In this document: positions 15,900 through 25,290 of the stretch, piece by piece | Numbering within the stretch: the first letter of the stretch is position 1 | Layout: each line of letters begins with the position of its first letter | Source: an uncultured Alphaproteobacteria bacterium | GTDB lineage: Bacteria; Pseudomonadota; Alphaproteobacteria; RF32; CAG-239 | Direction of reading: 5' to 3' | NCBI GenBank assembly: GCA_905235385.1 | Contig: CAJOLB010000005.1 | Coordinates: 1 to 51,210 of the forward strand | Length of the DNA stretch: 51,210 nucleotides | Program-made: the position numbers and the translations under genes | The notes under the pieces: generated by a model | Told to the model about the DNA's origin: nothing | The model's database searches: none | What the model saw: the letters and a program-made list of their open reading frames with translations, nothing else

Positions 15900-17281
15900 T
15901 GAAAAAAGTTTGTTTTTGCGGAATATCAGGAAGCGGAATGAGTGCTCTTGCTCAGGTTTTAAAAGCAAAAGGATATGAAGTTTGCGGTTCTGACAGAAGT
16001 TTTGATCAGGGAAAAGATAAAAAAAATAAAAAAACTTTAGAGTCAATCGGAATCAAAATTTTCAAACAAGACGGTTCCGCAATCGATAAAAACACAGATT
16101 TTTTATATGTTTCAACTGCTGTTGAAGACACAATTTCAGATGTTAAAAAAGCCCTTGATTTAAATATAAAAATCAAAAAACGCTCGGATTTATTAGCTGA
16201 AATATTTTCAAGCTATAAATACGGTGTTGCTGTCGGTGGAACATCAGGAAAAACAACCTTAACCGCAATGATCGGTTTTATTTTAGATCAATTAAAGCAA
16301 AAACCGACGGTTATTAACGGCGGACTTCTTAAAAATTATCAAAAACAAAAAGGAATACCTAATGTTATTTTAAATAACGGTCAGATTTGTGTGATTGAAG
16401 CAGATGAAAGCGACGGATCAATTGAAAAATATAATCCTTATATCGCCGTTGTAAACAACATCACAATCGACCACAAACCGATTGATGAACTTAAAAAACT
16501 CTTTTCTGATTTTATTAACAGATCGCATTTTGGTGTTGTGAATTTAGATTGTGAAAATTCAAAAGAGTTGATAAAAAACAAAAAAGTAAAAACATTTTCA
16601 ATCAAAAATCCGAAAGCCGATATTTTCTTTTCAAAAATAAAACCTTTGAAAAACGGTGTTTCTTATGAATTTATGAAAAAAAGATTTAAATTAAAACTTA
16701 TCGGTGCTTTTAATGTTTCAAATGCGGCAGCCGCTGTTTTAGCAACATCTATGCTTGGAATTGATCCTATAAAAGCCGCTGAGGTTTTACAAAAATTTTC
16801 GGGAACAAAAAGGCGGCTTGATGTTATCGGCATAAAAAATGGAATATCGGTTATTGATGATTTTGCACATAACCCCGACAAAGTCAGAGCATCCGTCAGC
16901 GCTTTAAGAGACTATAAAGGAAGATTGCTGATTATGTTCCAACCGCATGGTTTTTCACCGATGCGTATGATGGGAAAAGAGATTATTGAAAACTTTGCTT
17001 CTTTGATGAATAAAAACGATATGTTATTTATGCCTGAAATATTTTATGCCGGCGGAAGTGTGAAAAAAGATATTTCATCTGTTGATTTAATTGATTATGG
17101 CAAGTCTTTGGGTTTAAAAGCATTTTTTTATCAAACACGTGATGAAATCAAAAATCAGCTTATCAAACTTTCAAAAAAAGGCGACAGAATTGTGATTATG
17201 GGCGCAAGAGATAACAGTTTAACCGATTTTTGTAAAAGTATCTTAAAGGAAATAGAATGCTCAAAAAAGGTGATAAAATAG
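15899..17281 (+). CDS. Mur ligase family protein (MurC/Mpl-like; context favours the recycling ligase Mpl)
   Basis: 460 aa. GISGSGMSALAQVLKAKGYEVCGSD N-terminus, GTSGKTT P-loop. Followed by an overlapping LD-carboxypeptidase gene. Confidence 0.8.
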   Translation: MKKVCFCGISGSGMSALAQVLKAKGYEVCGSDRSFDQGKDKKNKKTLESIGIKIFKQDGSAIDKNTDFLYVSTAVEDTISDVKKALDLNIKIKKRSDLLAEIFSSYKYGVAVGGTSGKTTLTAMIGFILDQLKQKPTVINGGLLKNYQKQKGIPNVILNNGQICVIEADESDGSIEKYNPYIAVVNNITIDHKPIDELKKLFSDFINRSHFGVVNLDCENSKELIKNKKVKTFSIKNPKADIFFSKIKPLKNGVSYEFMKKRFKLKLIGAFNVSNAAAAVLATSMLGIDPIKAAEVLQKFSGTKRRLDVIGIKNGISVIDDFAHNPDKVRASVSALRDYKGRLLIMFQPHGFSPMRMMGKEIIENFASLMNKNDMLFMPEIFYAGGSVKKDISSVDLIDYGKSLGLKAFFYQTRDEIKNQLIKLSKKGDRIVIMGARDNSLTDFCKSILKEIECSKKVIK

Positions 17282-18129
17282 CCCTTGTGGCACCATCAGG
17301 TTGGTTTTTAAAATCTGATTTGGAAAATGCTTTGGATTGGTTTAAAAAACAAGGTTTAGAACCAAAAATTATGCCACATGCTTATGATGTTGAATTTTAT
17401 GCGGCAGGAACACCTCAAAACAGAGCAAAAGATATAAATAACGCATTTAAAGATAAATCAATTAAGGCAATTTTTTGTATCAGAGGCGGAGCCGGAAGTT
17501 TAAAAGTTTTAGATTTTCTGGATTTTGATATGATTAAAAAAAATCCGAAACCTGTTTTTGGTCTAAGCGATTCAACCGCACTTCAAAACGCTTTATACAC
17601 CATAACAAAAAATATTTCATATACCGGATTTTTACCGATTTATGATTTTAAAGAAAAAAATCTCGATCAAAAAACAGAAAAAAGCCTGATTGAAATTTTC
17701 AAAAACAAAAAACAAGAAATAAAAGAATTTGAAGTTTTAAAACAAGGTAACGCCGAAGGAGTTTTAGTAGGCGGATGTTTAAGTGTTTTTAATATGCTTT
17801 GCGGAACAAAATATTTTCCGAAATTGAAAAATAAAATCCTTTTAATTGAAGATGTCGGAGAAAAAACATATCGAATTGATTTAATGCTCGACCAATTAAA
17901 AAAACAAAAAGATTTTAATAAAGTTAAAGCAATTATTTTCGGCTCATTTCATAACTGTAAAATAGCTGATATCGGAGATGGAACGGTTGATGAAATTATT
18001 AAAAATTTTGCTCGAACTTTAGATATTCCGGTTGTTTATAATTTTCCATACGGACATATTAAAAGCAGATTTGTTTTACCGATCGGAAAAAAGATTAAAC
18101 TCAAAACGAAGAGTTCAATAACATTTTAA
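17257..18129 (+). CDS. ldcA: LD-carboxypeptidase (peptidase S66, LdcA-like)
   Basis: 290 aa. GDKIALVAPSG, nucleophile context GLSDSTAL, C-terminal FPYGH. Confidence 0.8.
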   Translation: MLKKGDKIALVAPSGWFLKSDLENALDWFKKQGLEPKIMPHAYDVEFYAAGTPQNRAKDINNAFKDKSIKAIFCIRGGAGSLKVLDFLDFDMIKKNPKPVFGLSDSTALQNALYTITKNISYTGFLPIYDFKEKNLDQKTEKSLIEIFKNKKQEIKEFEVLKQGNAEGVLVGGCLSVFNMLCGTKYFPKLKNKILLIEDVGEKTYRIDLMLDQLKKQKDFNKVKAIIFGSFHNCKIADIGDGTVDEIIKNFARTLDIPVVYNFPYGHIKSRFVLPIGKKIKLKTKSSITF

Positions 18130-18793
18130 TATAATCAAAATAACTCAATGTTAATTGATTAATTAAATGAAAATATTGGATAAAACCTGTTAAACCCTTG
18201 CTGTTATAAGCAAGCAGACTGCCGATTGCAAATAAATTTATACCGGGTAAAAACATAAAACAAAAACGAAAACCGACTTTTTTTAAATCCGTCTGTTCAG
18301 GATGAATTTGTGAAAAAACAGTATCAATATGATAACCTAAAAAATAACCTAAAATACTGTTCCAAATCAGCTGTTTCGGTAAAAAATTCATGATACAGAT
18401 ATAAATAAAACAAAAAAGCGGAAAAAAATAAGGTGCAATAATAATAAGCCAATTTCCATCACCGACAAAACCCATTTCACCACCTGTATCATCAGGATTT
18501 AAACGGATATGCTTAACCTTATGAAAAGTAAGAAGTGCAAAAAAACTATGTGTAAATTCATGCGCAATAATCTGCATTGATGTGCGCACAGTTGCATCCA
18601 TCATTGTTTTTGAAAATATAAAAAAAACAACACCGGCTAAAAGAGCAAATGTTTTAATATTTGAAATTTGAAAAAAATAAAAAGAACGAACCAATGCAGG
18701 TGTTGAAATCAAAATATACCACGTGATTGGCCATTTAAAAAAATTGATAATTTTATCTAACAGCGTCGACATATTTTTAATATATAAAAACAA
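18101..18793 (-). CDS. polytopic membrane protein with HExxH motif (M50B-like putative metallopeptidase)
   Basis: 230 aa. IAHEFTHSFFAL lies between hydrophobic segments. Its 3' end overlaps convergent ldcA by 29 nt. Confidence 0.55.
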   Translation of the reverse strand: MFLYIKNMSTLLDKIINFFKWPITWYILISTPALVRSFYFFQISNIKTFALLAGVVFFIFSKTMMDATVRTSMQIIAHEFTHSFFALLTFHKVKHIRLNPDDTGGEMGFVGDGNWLIIIAPYFFPLFCFIYICIMNFLPKQLIWNSILGYFLGYHIDTVFSQIHPEQTDLKKVGFRFCFMFLPGINLFAIGSLLAYNSKGLTGFIQYFHLINQLTLSYFDYIKMLLNSSF

Positions 18794-18961
18794 AAAAAAG
18801 ACGCAAGTTTATTTTTAAAAGTGTAAAGAAAAAAGGAACCTTAAATTTTTACGATTCCTTTTGTTTAATTATATCAAAAATTTCTTTAAGAATCAATTAA
18901 AATGAAATTTCAAAAAGTGTAAAAAAAATAGGTTGGTTTTTTCTTTACGGTTTAAAAATTT

Positions 18962-19001
18962 GAAGATCCCTTGACGATTGCTGACGCAATCGAGGGATGA
19001 C
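18962..19001 (+). repeat. conserved-flank hairpin, copy 1, in the 5' leader of the pilin-like gene
   Basis: GAAGATCCCT-TGA-CGATTGC-TGAC-GCAATCG-AGGGATGAC: 6 bp basal stem, TGA bulge, 7 bp upper stem, 4 nt loop. Confidence 0.7.
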
Positions 19002-19019
19002 GCTATAAGGAGAATAGAA

Positions 19020-19724
19020 ATGAAAAGAAGAATAGATAAAAAAAACGGAAGATCCCTTGACGTTTTTGTAATACAAAAACGAGGGATGACATCTTTAGGA
19101 AGAAGTATGCTTGAAATGCTCGGGGTTTTAGCTGTTATCGGGGTTTTATCGGTAGGTGCTTTATCAGGTTATTCAAAAGCCATCTTTTAATATAGATTAA
19201 ATCGTCAGACAGAACAAATAAACATTATCGTATCAGCACTTCTTGAAAATTATGACGATTTCGTTCAAATACCACTTACATCAGACTCAACATCTTTTCT
19301 GCCTTATTTGAAAGCAATGAATAAAATCCCAAAAGATATGTATCATACAAATAATATCTTTATTAAAGATAGTTTTCAAACACGTTATCAAATATATCAT
19401 CATAAAACAGGATATGTTGCAATTGTCGGGTGGATAAATAACAGTGATGTGAGTAATTTAGTTTGTCAAAATATATATAAATCGGTTATTCCTTGGTCAT
19501 TAGATATAAAATCTATTGCTATTTTAAGAAATTATGAAGAAAATACAACTTCTTATACAAGCCGTTTTTATGGTGATCAACACCAGCAATGTTCAAAACA
19601 AAAAAACAAATGTTTGAGAGATTTAAAAATATCTGACTTGGAAGATTTATGCCGTGTCTGCCAAGATGCTGAAAATTGCCGTTTATTTATATTCTTTAAA
19701 GATGCTGAGGTTTTTCAAAATTAA
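19020..19724 (+). pseudogene. prepilin-type N-terminal domain gene interrupted by an in-frame TAA (19188-19190) and carrying a 51 nt in-frame extra segment (mostly hairpin copy 2) in the leader
   Basis: ORFs 18978-19190 and 19308-19724 are in the same frame with no other stop between them. AAGGAG precedes ATG 19020. Product reads MKRRIDKKNGRS[LDVFVIQKRGMTSLGRS]MLEMLGVLAVIGVLSVGALSGYSKAIF*YRLN... Confidence 0.6.
19048..19090 (+). repeat. conserved-flank hairpin, copy 2, inside the leader-peptide coding region
   Basis: GAAGATCCCT-TGA-CGTTTTTGT-AAT-ACAAAAACG-AGGGATGAC: same basal stem and bulge, different 9 bp upper stem. Confidence 0.7.
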
Positions 19725-20404
19725 GATTTTAACCAAAGAGCTTCTTTGATTTTTTGATTTAAAAACTCTTCATGTTTTTTTTCATCTTCATCGCTTAACT
19801 TAAAATCACGGGATTTAAGATATTTTTTTTCACTGATATTTTGATTATCCGTTATTGTAACAACTTTTTCTTCAGAACTTAAATTCATCGTCGGTTCGGC
19901 ACCACCTAAAAGCTCAAGATAAACTTCTGCCAATAATTCAGCATCAAGCAAAGCACCATGTTTTGTACGTTTTGAGTTATCAATATTAAAACGTTTACAT
20001 AAAGCATCTAAGTTGTTTCTCGAAGTTGGAAATTTAGCTTTAGCAATTTCTAAAGTATCAACAACTTCATGATTTTTTAATGTGTCAAAACCGTTATGTT
20101 TAAGCTCATAATTTACAAAATTCATATCAAATTGAGCAACCATAATTCCGTCATCACCGACAAAATTCAAAAAATCTTTTGCTATTTCGGAAAAACGAGG
20201 ATAATTTTGCAAAAATTCAGTTGATAAACCATGAACTTTAAAAGCTTCTTCAGGCATATCACGAAGAGGATTGATATATTGATGATATGTTTTTCCGGTC
20301 GGAATATGATTGATTAATTCAATCGCCCCTATTTCAACCAATTTATCCCCTTGATGAGGATCAAAACCCGTTGTTTCCGTATCAAAAACAATTTCTCTTA
20401 ACAT
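19721..20404 (-). CDS. dnaQ: DNA polymerase III epsilon subunit (3'-5' exonuclease)
   Basis: 227 aa. Exo motifs IVFDTETTG and HGALLDAELLAEVY. Confidence 0.85.
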   Translation of the reverse strand: MLREIVFDTETTGFDPHQGDKLVEIGAIELINHIPTGKTYHQYINPLRDMPEEAFKVHGLSTEFLQNYPRFSEIAKDFLNFVGDDGIMVAQFDMNFVNYELKHNGFDTLKNHEVVDTLEIAKAKFPTSRNNLDALCKRFNIDNSKRTKHGALLDAELLAEVYLELLGGAEPTMNLSSEEKVVTITDNQNISEKKYLKSRDFKLSDEDEKKHEEFLNQKIKEALWLKS

Positions 20405-20979
20405 TCTTCAATCTCGCTTAAAATCTGTAAAATATCTGTTGTTAAAGTTGAAAGATTTTGGTGGGTGTTAATAATAAAACATGATTCATCAACATTTAAA
20501 TTATTGTATTGATTTTTAAAAATATTATCAAAATCATCAGCGCTTATACCATCTCTTAACATCACTCTTTTTTGCATAACTTTATAAGGCGCGGTTGTGA
20601 TAATCACATCAGAACAATATTTATCTAAATTCATTTTATATAATAACGCCGATTCGATAAAACAAAGATAAGGTTTTAATCTGTTTTTATGAATAATATG
20701 AAGCAATTTTTGTTTTAAATAAGGATGAGTTAACCCCTCTAATTTTTGAAGTTCTTTTTCATTTGAAAAAACAAGATTTCGTAAAACTTTTTTATCAAAT
20801 TTTCCGTTTATAAATGTTTGAGGGAAATTTTTATGAATGATATCTAAAAAGCTTTTTTCGAAATACATTTTTCGACACCAAACATCCATATCAAAAACAA
20901 CAAAACCTAAATCTCTTAAAATCTGGCCGATTGTTGTTTTACCGCTTCCTATAAAACCGGTGATACCGACTAAATACAT
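20398..20979 (-). CDS. coaE: dephospho-CoA kinase
   Basis: 193 aa. GITGFIGSGKTT P-loop at the N-terminus. Overlaps the dnaQ start. Confidence 0.85.
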   Translation of the reverse strand: MYLVGITGFIGSGKTTIGQILRDLGFVVFDMDVWCRKMYFEKSFLDIIHKNFPQTFINGKFDKKVLRNLVFSNEKELQKLEGLTHPYLKQKLLHIIHKNRLKPYLCFIESALLYKMNLDKYCSDVIITTAPYKVMQKRVMLRDGISADDFDNIFKNQYNNLNVDESCFIINTHQNLSTLTTDILQILSEIEEC

Positions 20980-21389
20980 TTTTATTTCCTAAAAAATATA
21001 CACAATTTTATATCAGATTGTGTATAAAATAACCACTTAAACAAAAGTATATCTTTTTATGCATCTTATTTAAAATAAATCAAATAAGTTATAAACATGT
21101 TCGTTTTTTTATAAACAACCTGTGAATTATGTGTATAAAAAAATATCGTATTGAAATAAATAATGAAAAAAATTCGATTATTATAAATTAATGTATGAAT
21201 AAAAAATAATAAACAATCCTCACAGAGATATACAATAACAACAATAATTTTTAAAATTTAAATAGTAGGTCAACCGCGTTGTGTATAAAATTTTCATCTC
21301 AAAACTTGACTTTAAAATACTTTTTTGATAAGACAAAAGATGTCATATTCTTGACGTATTCCCCACTTTTTTAATTTCAAGGTTTTTAT

Positions 21390-22643
21390 ATGTATTTAAA
21401 AGATTTAAAAGAAAAGTCTCCTAAAGAGCTTTTAACATGGGCTGAAGACTTAGGTGTTGAAGAAGCCTCATCAATGCGTGTGCAGGATTTGGTTTTTGCT
21501 ATTATGAATAAAATCGCTGACGGAAATGAGGTTATTTATGCCGACGGTGTGATTGAGGTTTTGCCTGACGGATTTGGATTTTTACGTTCTTCAAAATCAA
21601 ATTATCTCGCAAGTGCTGATGATATTTATGTTTCACCGCAACAGGTTAAAAAATATTCTCTTCGTACAGGTGATACGGTAGAAGGTGAAATCAGAGCACC
21701 GAAAGAAAATGAACGTTATTTTGCTTTAACAAACATTAATACAATTAATTTTGAAGATCCTGAAAAATCAAAACTTCGTGTTAATTTCGATAACTTAACA
21801 CCTCTTTATCCGACTAAAAAATTAAACTTTGATATTATTTGCGGTGAAAAAGATTATACAACACGGGTGATTGATTTAATATCACCGCAAGGAAAAGGGC
21901 AACGCGGACTTATTGTTGCACCGCCGAGAACAGGTAAAACCGTTATGCTTCAAAATATTGCGCACGCAATTGCTGTTAATCACCCTGAAGTTTATTTAAT
22001 GGTTTTGTTAATTGATGAGCGTCCGGAAGAAGTGACGGATATGACACGCTCTGTTAAAGGTGAGGTGATTTCATCAACTTTTGATGAGCCGGCAACACGT
22101 CATGTTCAAGTGGCTGAATTAGTGATTGAAAAAGCTAAACGACTTGTAGAAACAAAGAAAGATGTTGTGATTTTACTCGATTCGATTACACGTTTAGGCC
22201 GTGCTTATAACGCTGTTGTTCCATCTTCAGGAAAGGTTTTAACAGGTGGTGTGGATGCAAACGCTCTTCAACGTCCGAAACGATTACTCGGTGCGGCGCG
22301 TAATGTGGAAGAAGGCGGATCACTCACAATTATTGCAACAGCTTTAATTGATACCGGTTCAAAAATGGATGAAGTTATTTTTGAAGAATTCAAAGGAACA
22401 GGTAACTCTGAAATTATCTTAGATAGAAAATTAACAGATAAACGTTTATTCCCGACAATTGATATCACTCGTTCAGGCACACGTAAAGAAGAACTTCTTG
22501 TTGATAAAACAACATTATCAAAAATGTGGGTTTTAAGACGCGTGTTGATGCAAATGGGTGTGACAGACGGTATGGAATTTTTGCTTGATAAATTAAGAAT
22601 AACAAAAAATAATCAAGACTTTTTTGATAATATGAATTCTTAA
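21390..22643 (+). CDS. rho: transcription termination factor Rho
   Basis: 417 aa. N-terminal [13 protein letters not shown]-binding FGFLR, Walker A PPRTGKT. Confidence 0.95.
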   Translation: MYLKDLKEKSPKELLTWAEDLGVEEASSMRVQDLVFAIMNKIADGNEVIYADGVIEVLPDGFGFLRSSKSNYLASADDIYVSPQQVKKYSLRTGDTVEGEIRAPKENERYFALTNINTINFEDPEKSKLRVNFDNLTPLYPTKKLNFDIICGEKDYTTRVIDLISPQGKGQRGLIVAPPRTGKTVMLQNIAHAIAVNHPEVYLMVLLIDERPEEVTDMTRSVKGEVISSTFDEPATRHVQVAELVIEKAKRLVETKKDVVILLDSITRLGRAYNAVVPSSGKVLTGGVDANALQRPKRLLGAARNVEEGGSLTIIATALIDTGSKMDEVIFEEFKGTGNSEIILDRKLTDKRLFPTIDITRSGTRKEELLVDKTTLSKMWVLRRVLMQMGVTDGMEFLLDKLRITKNNQDFFDNMNS

Positions 22644-22674
22644 AAAAAAACGCCTTTAAGAGGCGTTTTTTTTT
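22642..22674. terminator. bidirectional terminator between rho and the response regulator gene
   Basis: A-run, stem CGCCT (22651-22655) / AGGCG (22661-22665), T-run. Confidence 0.75.
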
Positions 22675-23290
22675 ATATCAACCCCATTTTTTGAGCTTGA
22701 ATAACAGCTTGTGTCCGGTTATTGACTTTTAAAGATCGGAGAAGTGCATTAATATGTAATTTAACAGTTGCTTCCGAAACACCTATTTCATAAGCAATTT
22801 GCTTGTTTGATTTTCCTTGAGCAATCAAATCTAAAACTTGAGACTGACGATTTGTAAGGGTTTTATTGTTAATTTTATTGATATTTTCATTTTCAATATC
22901 TTTTAAGGCTTGAGGAATATATTTTTCACCTTTGATAACCTGTTTAAAGATTTCTTCTAAATTTTGAGTGTCAATACTTTTAGGTATATAACCTTTTATA
23001 TCATATTCTAAAATTTGGCGAATAAGATGAATATCCTCTGAAGATGATATAACAATCAAATTTAAATGGTTTGAGATTTCTTCAAGGGTTTTAAGAGCTT
23101 CTGTCGGGGTAATATTTTCCATATCTAAATCAAGAACCAAAAAATCAAGATTTTTTTCTTTTTTTAAAACCTGAACAGCTTGAGAAAAAGTTCCAACCTG
23201 TAAAATAACACTTTCAGGATAAAGTTTAGATAATAAAAGAGCAATATTATCACGAAATAAAGCATGGTCGTCCGCAATTAAAAATTTCAT
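22673..23290 (-). CDS. NarL/FixJ (LuxR-type HTH) response regulator
   Basis: 205 aa. Receiver MKFLIADDH...VLDLDM, C-terminal LTNRQSQVLDLIAQGKSNKQIAYEIGVSEATVKLH. No adjacent kinase. Confidence 0.8.
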   Translation of the reverse strand: MKFLIADDHALFRDNIALLLSKLYPESVILQVGTFSQAVQVLKKEKNLDFLVLDLDMENITPTEALKTLEEISNHLNLIVISSSEDIHLIRQILEYDIKGYIPKSIDTQNLEEIFKQVIKGEKYIPQALKDIENENINKINNKTLTNRQSQVLDLIAQGKSNKQIAYEIGVSEATVKLHINALLRSLKVNNRTQAVIQAQKMGLI

Positions 23291-23370
23291 CTTTCATTCT
23301 CCAAAAAAACAAGATGCGCTGGATATAATTCTTTATCCGAGCATTTAAAGTGCGGTTCTAATAAAAAGTT

Positions 23371-23823
23371 TTAAAGTTCGATATATTCAACACCCGCTTC
23401 TTCAAACATTTGAGCGGAAAAAGTAAGTTTGTCACGCCATGTGTTTTTAGGGGTGTTTTCATCAATAATAATTTTGTTTGTAATCACGGTTTTAATACCG
23501 GCTTGAATAATTGCACGAGCACAATCAACACAAGGTGTGTGTGTGGCATACATTGTGCAGCCTTTAACCTGAACACCTGTTAAACAAGCGTTATATAAAG
23601 CGTTTCGTTCGGCATGTTCAAAAAAATCATATTTCGTCGGGCGCTCCAAACGCTCAGGAACATCATCATTAACCCCTCTGACCGGACCGTTATAACCTGT
23701 GGCTCTGATTTCTTTATCGGGACCGACGATAACCGCACCTGTTTTGGTTGACGGATCTTTTGACCAAGAAGCCACTAAAAAAGCAAGCTCCATAAAACGT
23801 TTATTCCATTTATCTGAAAACAT
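23371..23823 (-). CDS. dCMP deaminase family protein
   Basis: 150 aa. Zinc motifs HAERNAL and PCVDCA. Confidence 0.85.
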   Translation of the reverse strand: MFSDKWNKRFMELAFLVASWSKDPSTKTGAVIVGPDKEIRATGYNGPVRGVNDDVPERLERPTKYDFFEHAERNALYNACLTGVQVKGCTMYATHTPCVDCARAIIQAGIKTVITNKIIIDENTPKNTWRDKLTFSAQMFEEAGVEYIEL

Positions 23824-23936
23824 ATTTTTATTCCTTAAAAATACACTTTATCAAAATGCTAAATTATTTTTATTAATAAATACCTAAATCTCTTGACTTT
23901 TAATAAAAAAAGTCCCACTTTAAGACCAGTTTTTAA

Positions 23937-25238
<1,302 letters not shown>

Positions 25239-25252
25239 GTCGGTAAAAAAAT

Positions 25253-25290
25253 AAAAAAAAGCAAGGGTAAGGAATTATCCTTGCTTTTTT
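25253..25290 (+). terminator. terminator after eno, overlapping the 3' end of convergent rlmN
   Basis: Stem GCAAGG (25261-25266) / CCTTGC (25279-25284) followed by TTTTTT. Confidence 0.6.

Noticed and set aside
18962-19090. Mini CRISPR array or transcription terminators formed by the two hairpins.
   Set aside because: There are only two copies. The repeats are the flanks rather than a constant full repeat, there are no cas genes, and no U-run follows either hairpin.
19188-19190. Programmed recoding or readthrough of the in-frame TAA in the pilin-like gene.
   Set aside because: TAA is used as an ordinary stop by many genes in this window (for example recG, eno and rho). No recoding signal is evident. 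A nonsense mutation or a sequencing error is the simpler explanation.
20980-21389. Hidden small protein genes in the long rho-upstream intergenic region.
   Set aside because: Reading frames there are short, AT-biased (Lys/Asn/Ile-rich) and lack RBS-like sequences. Long leaders upstream of rho are normal.
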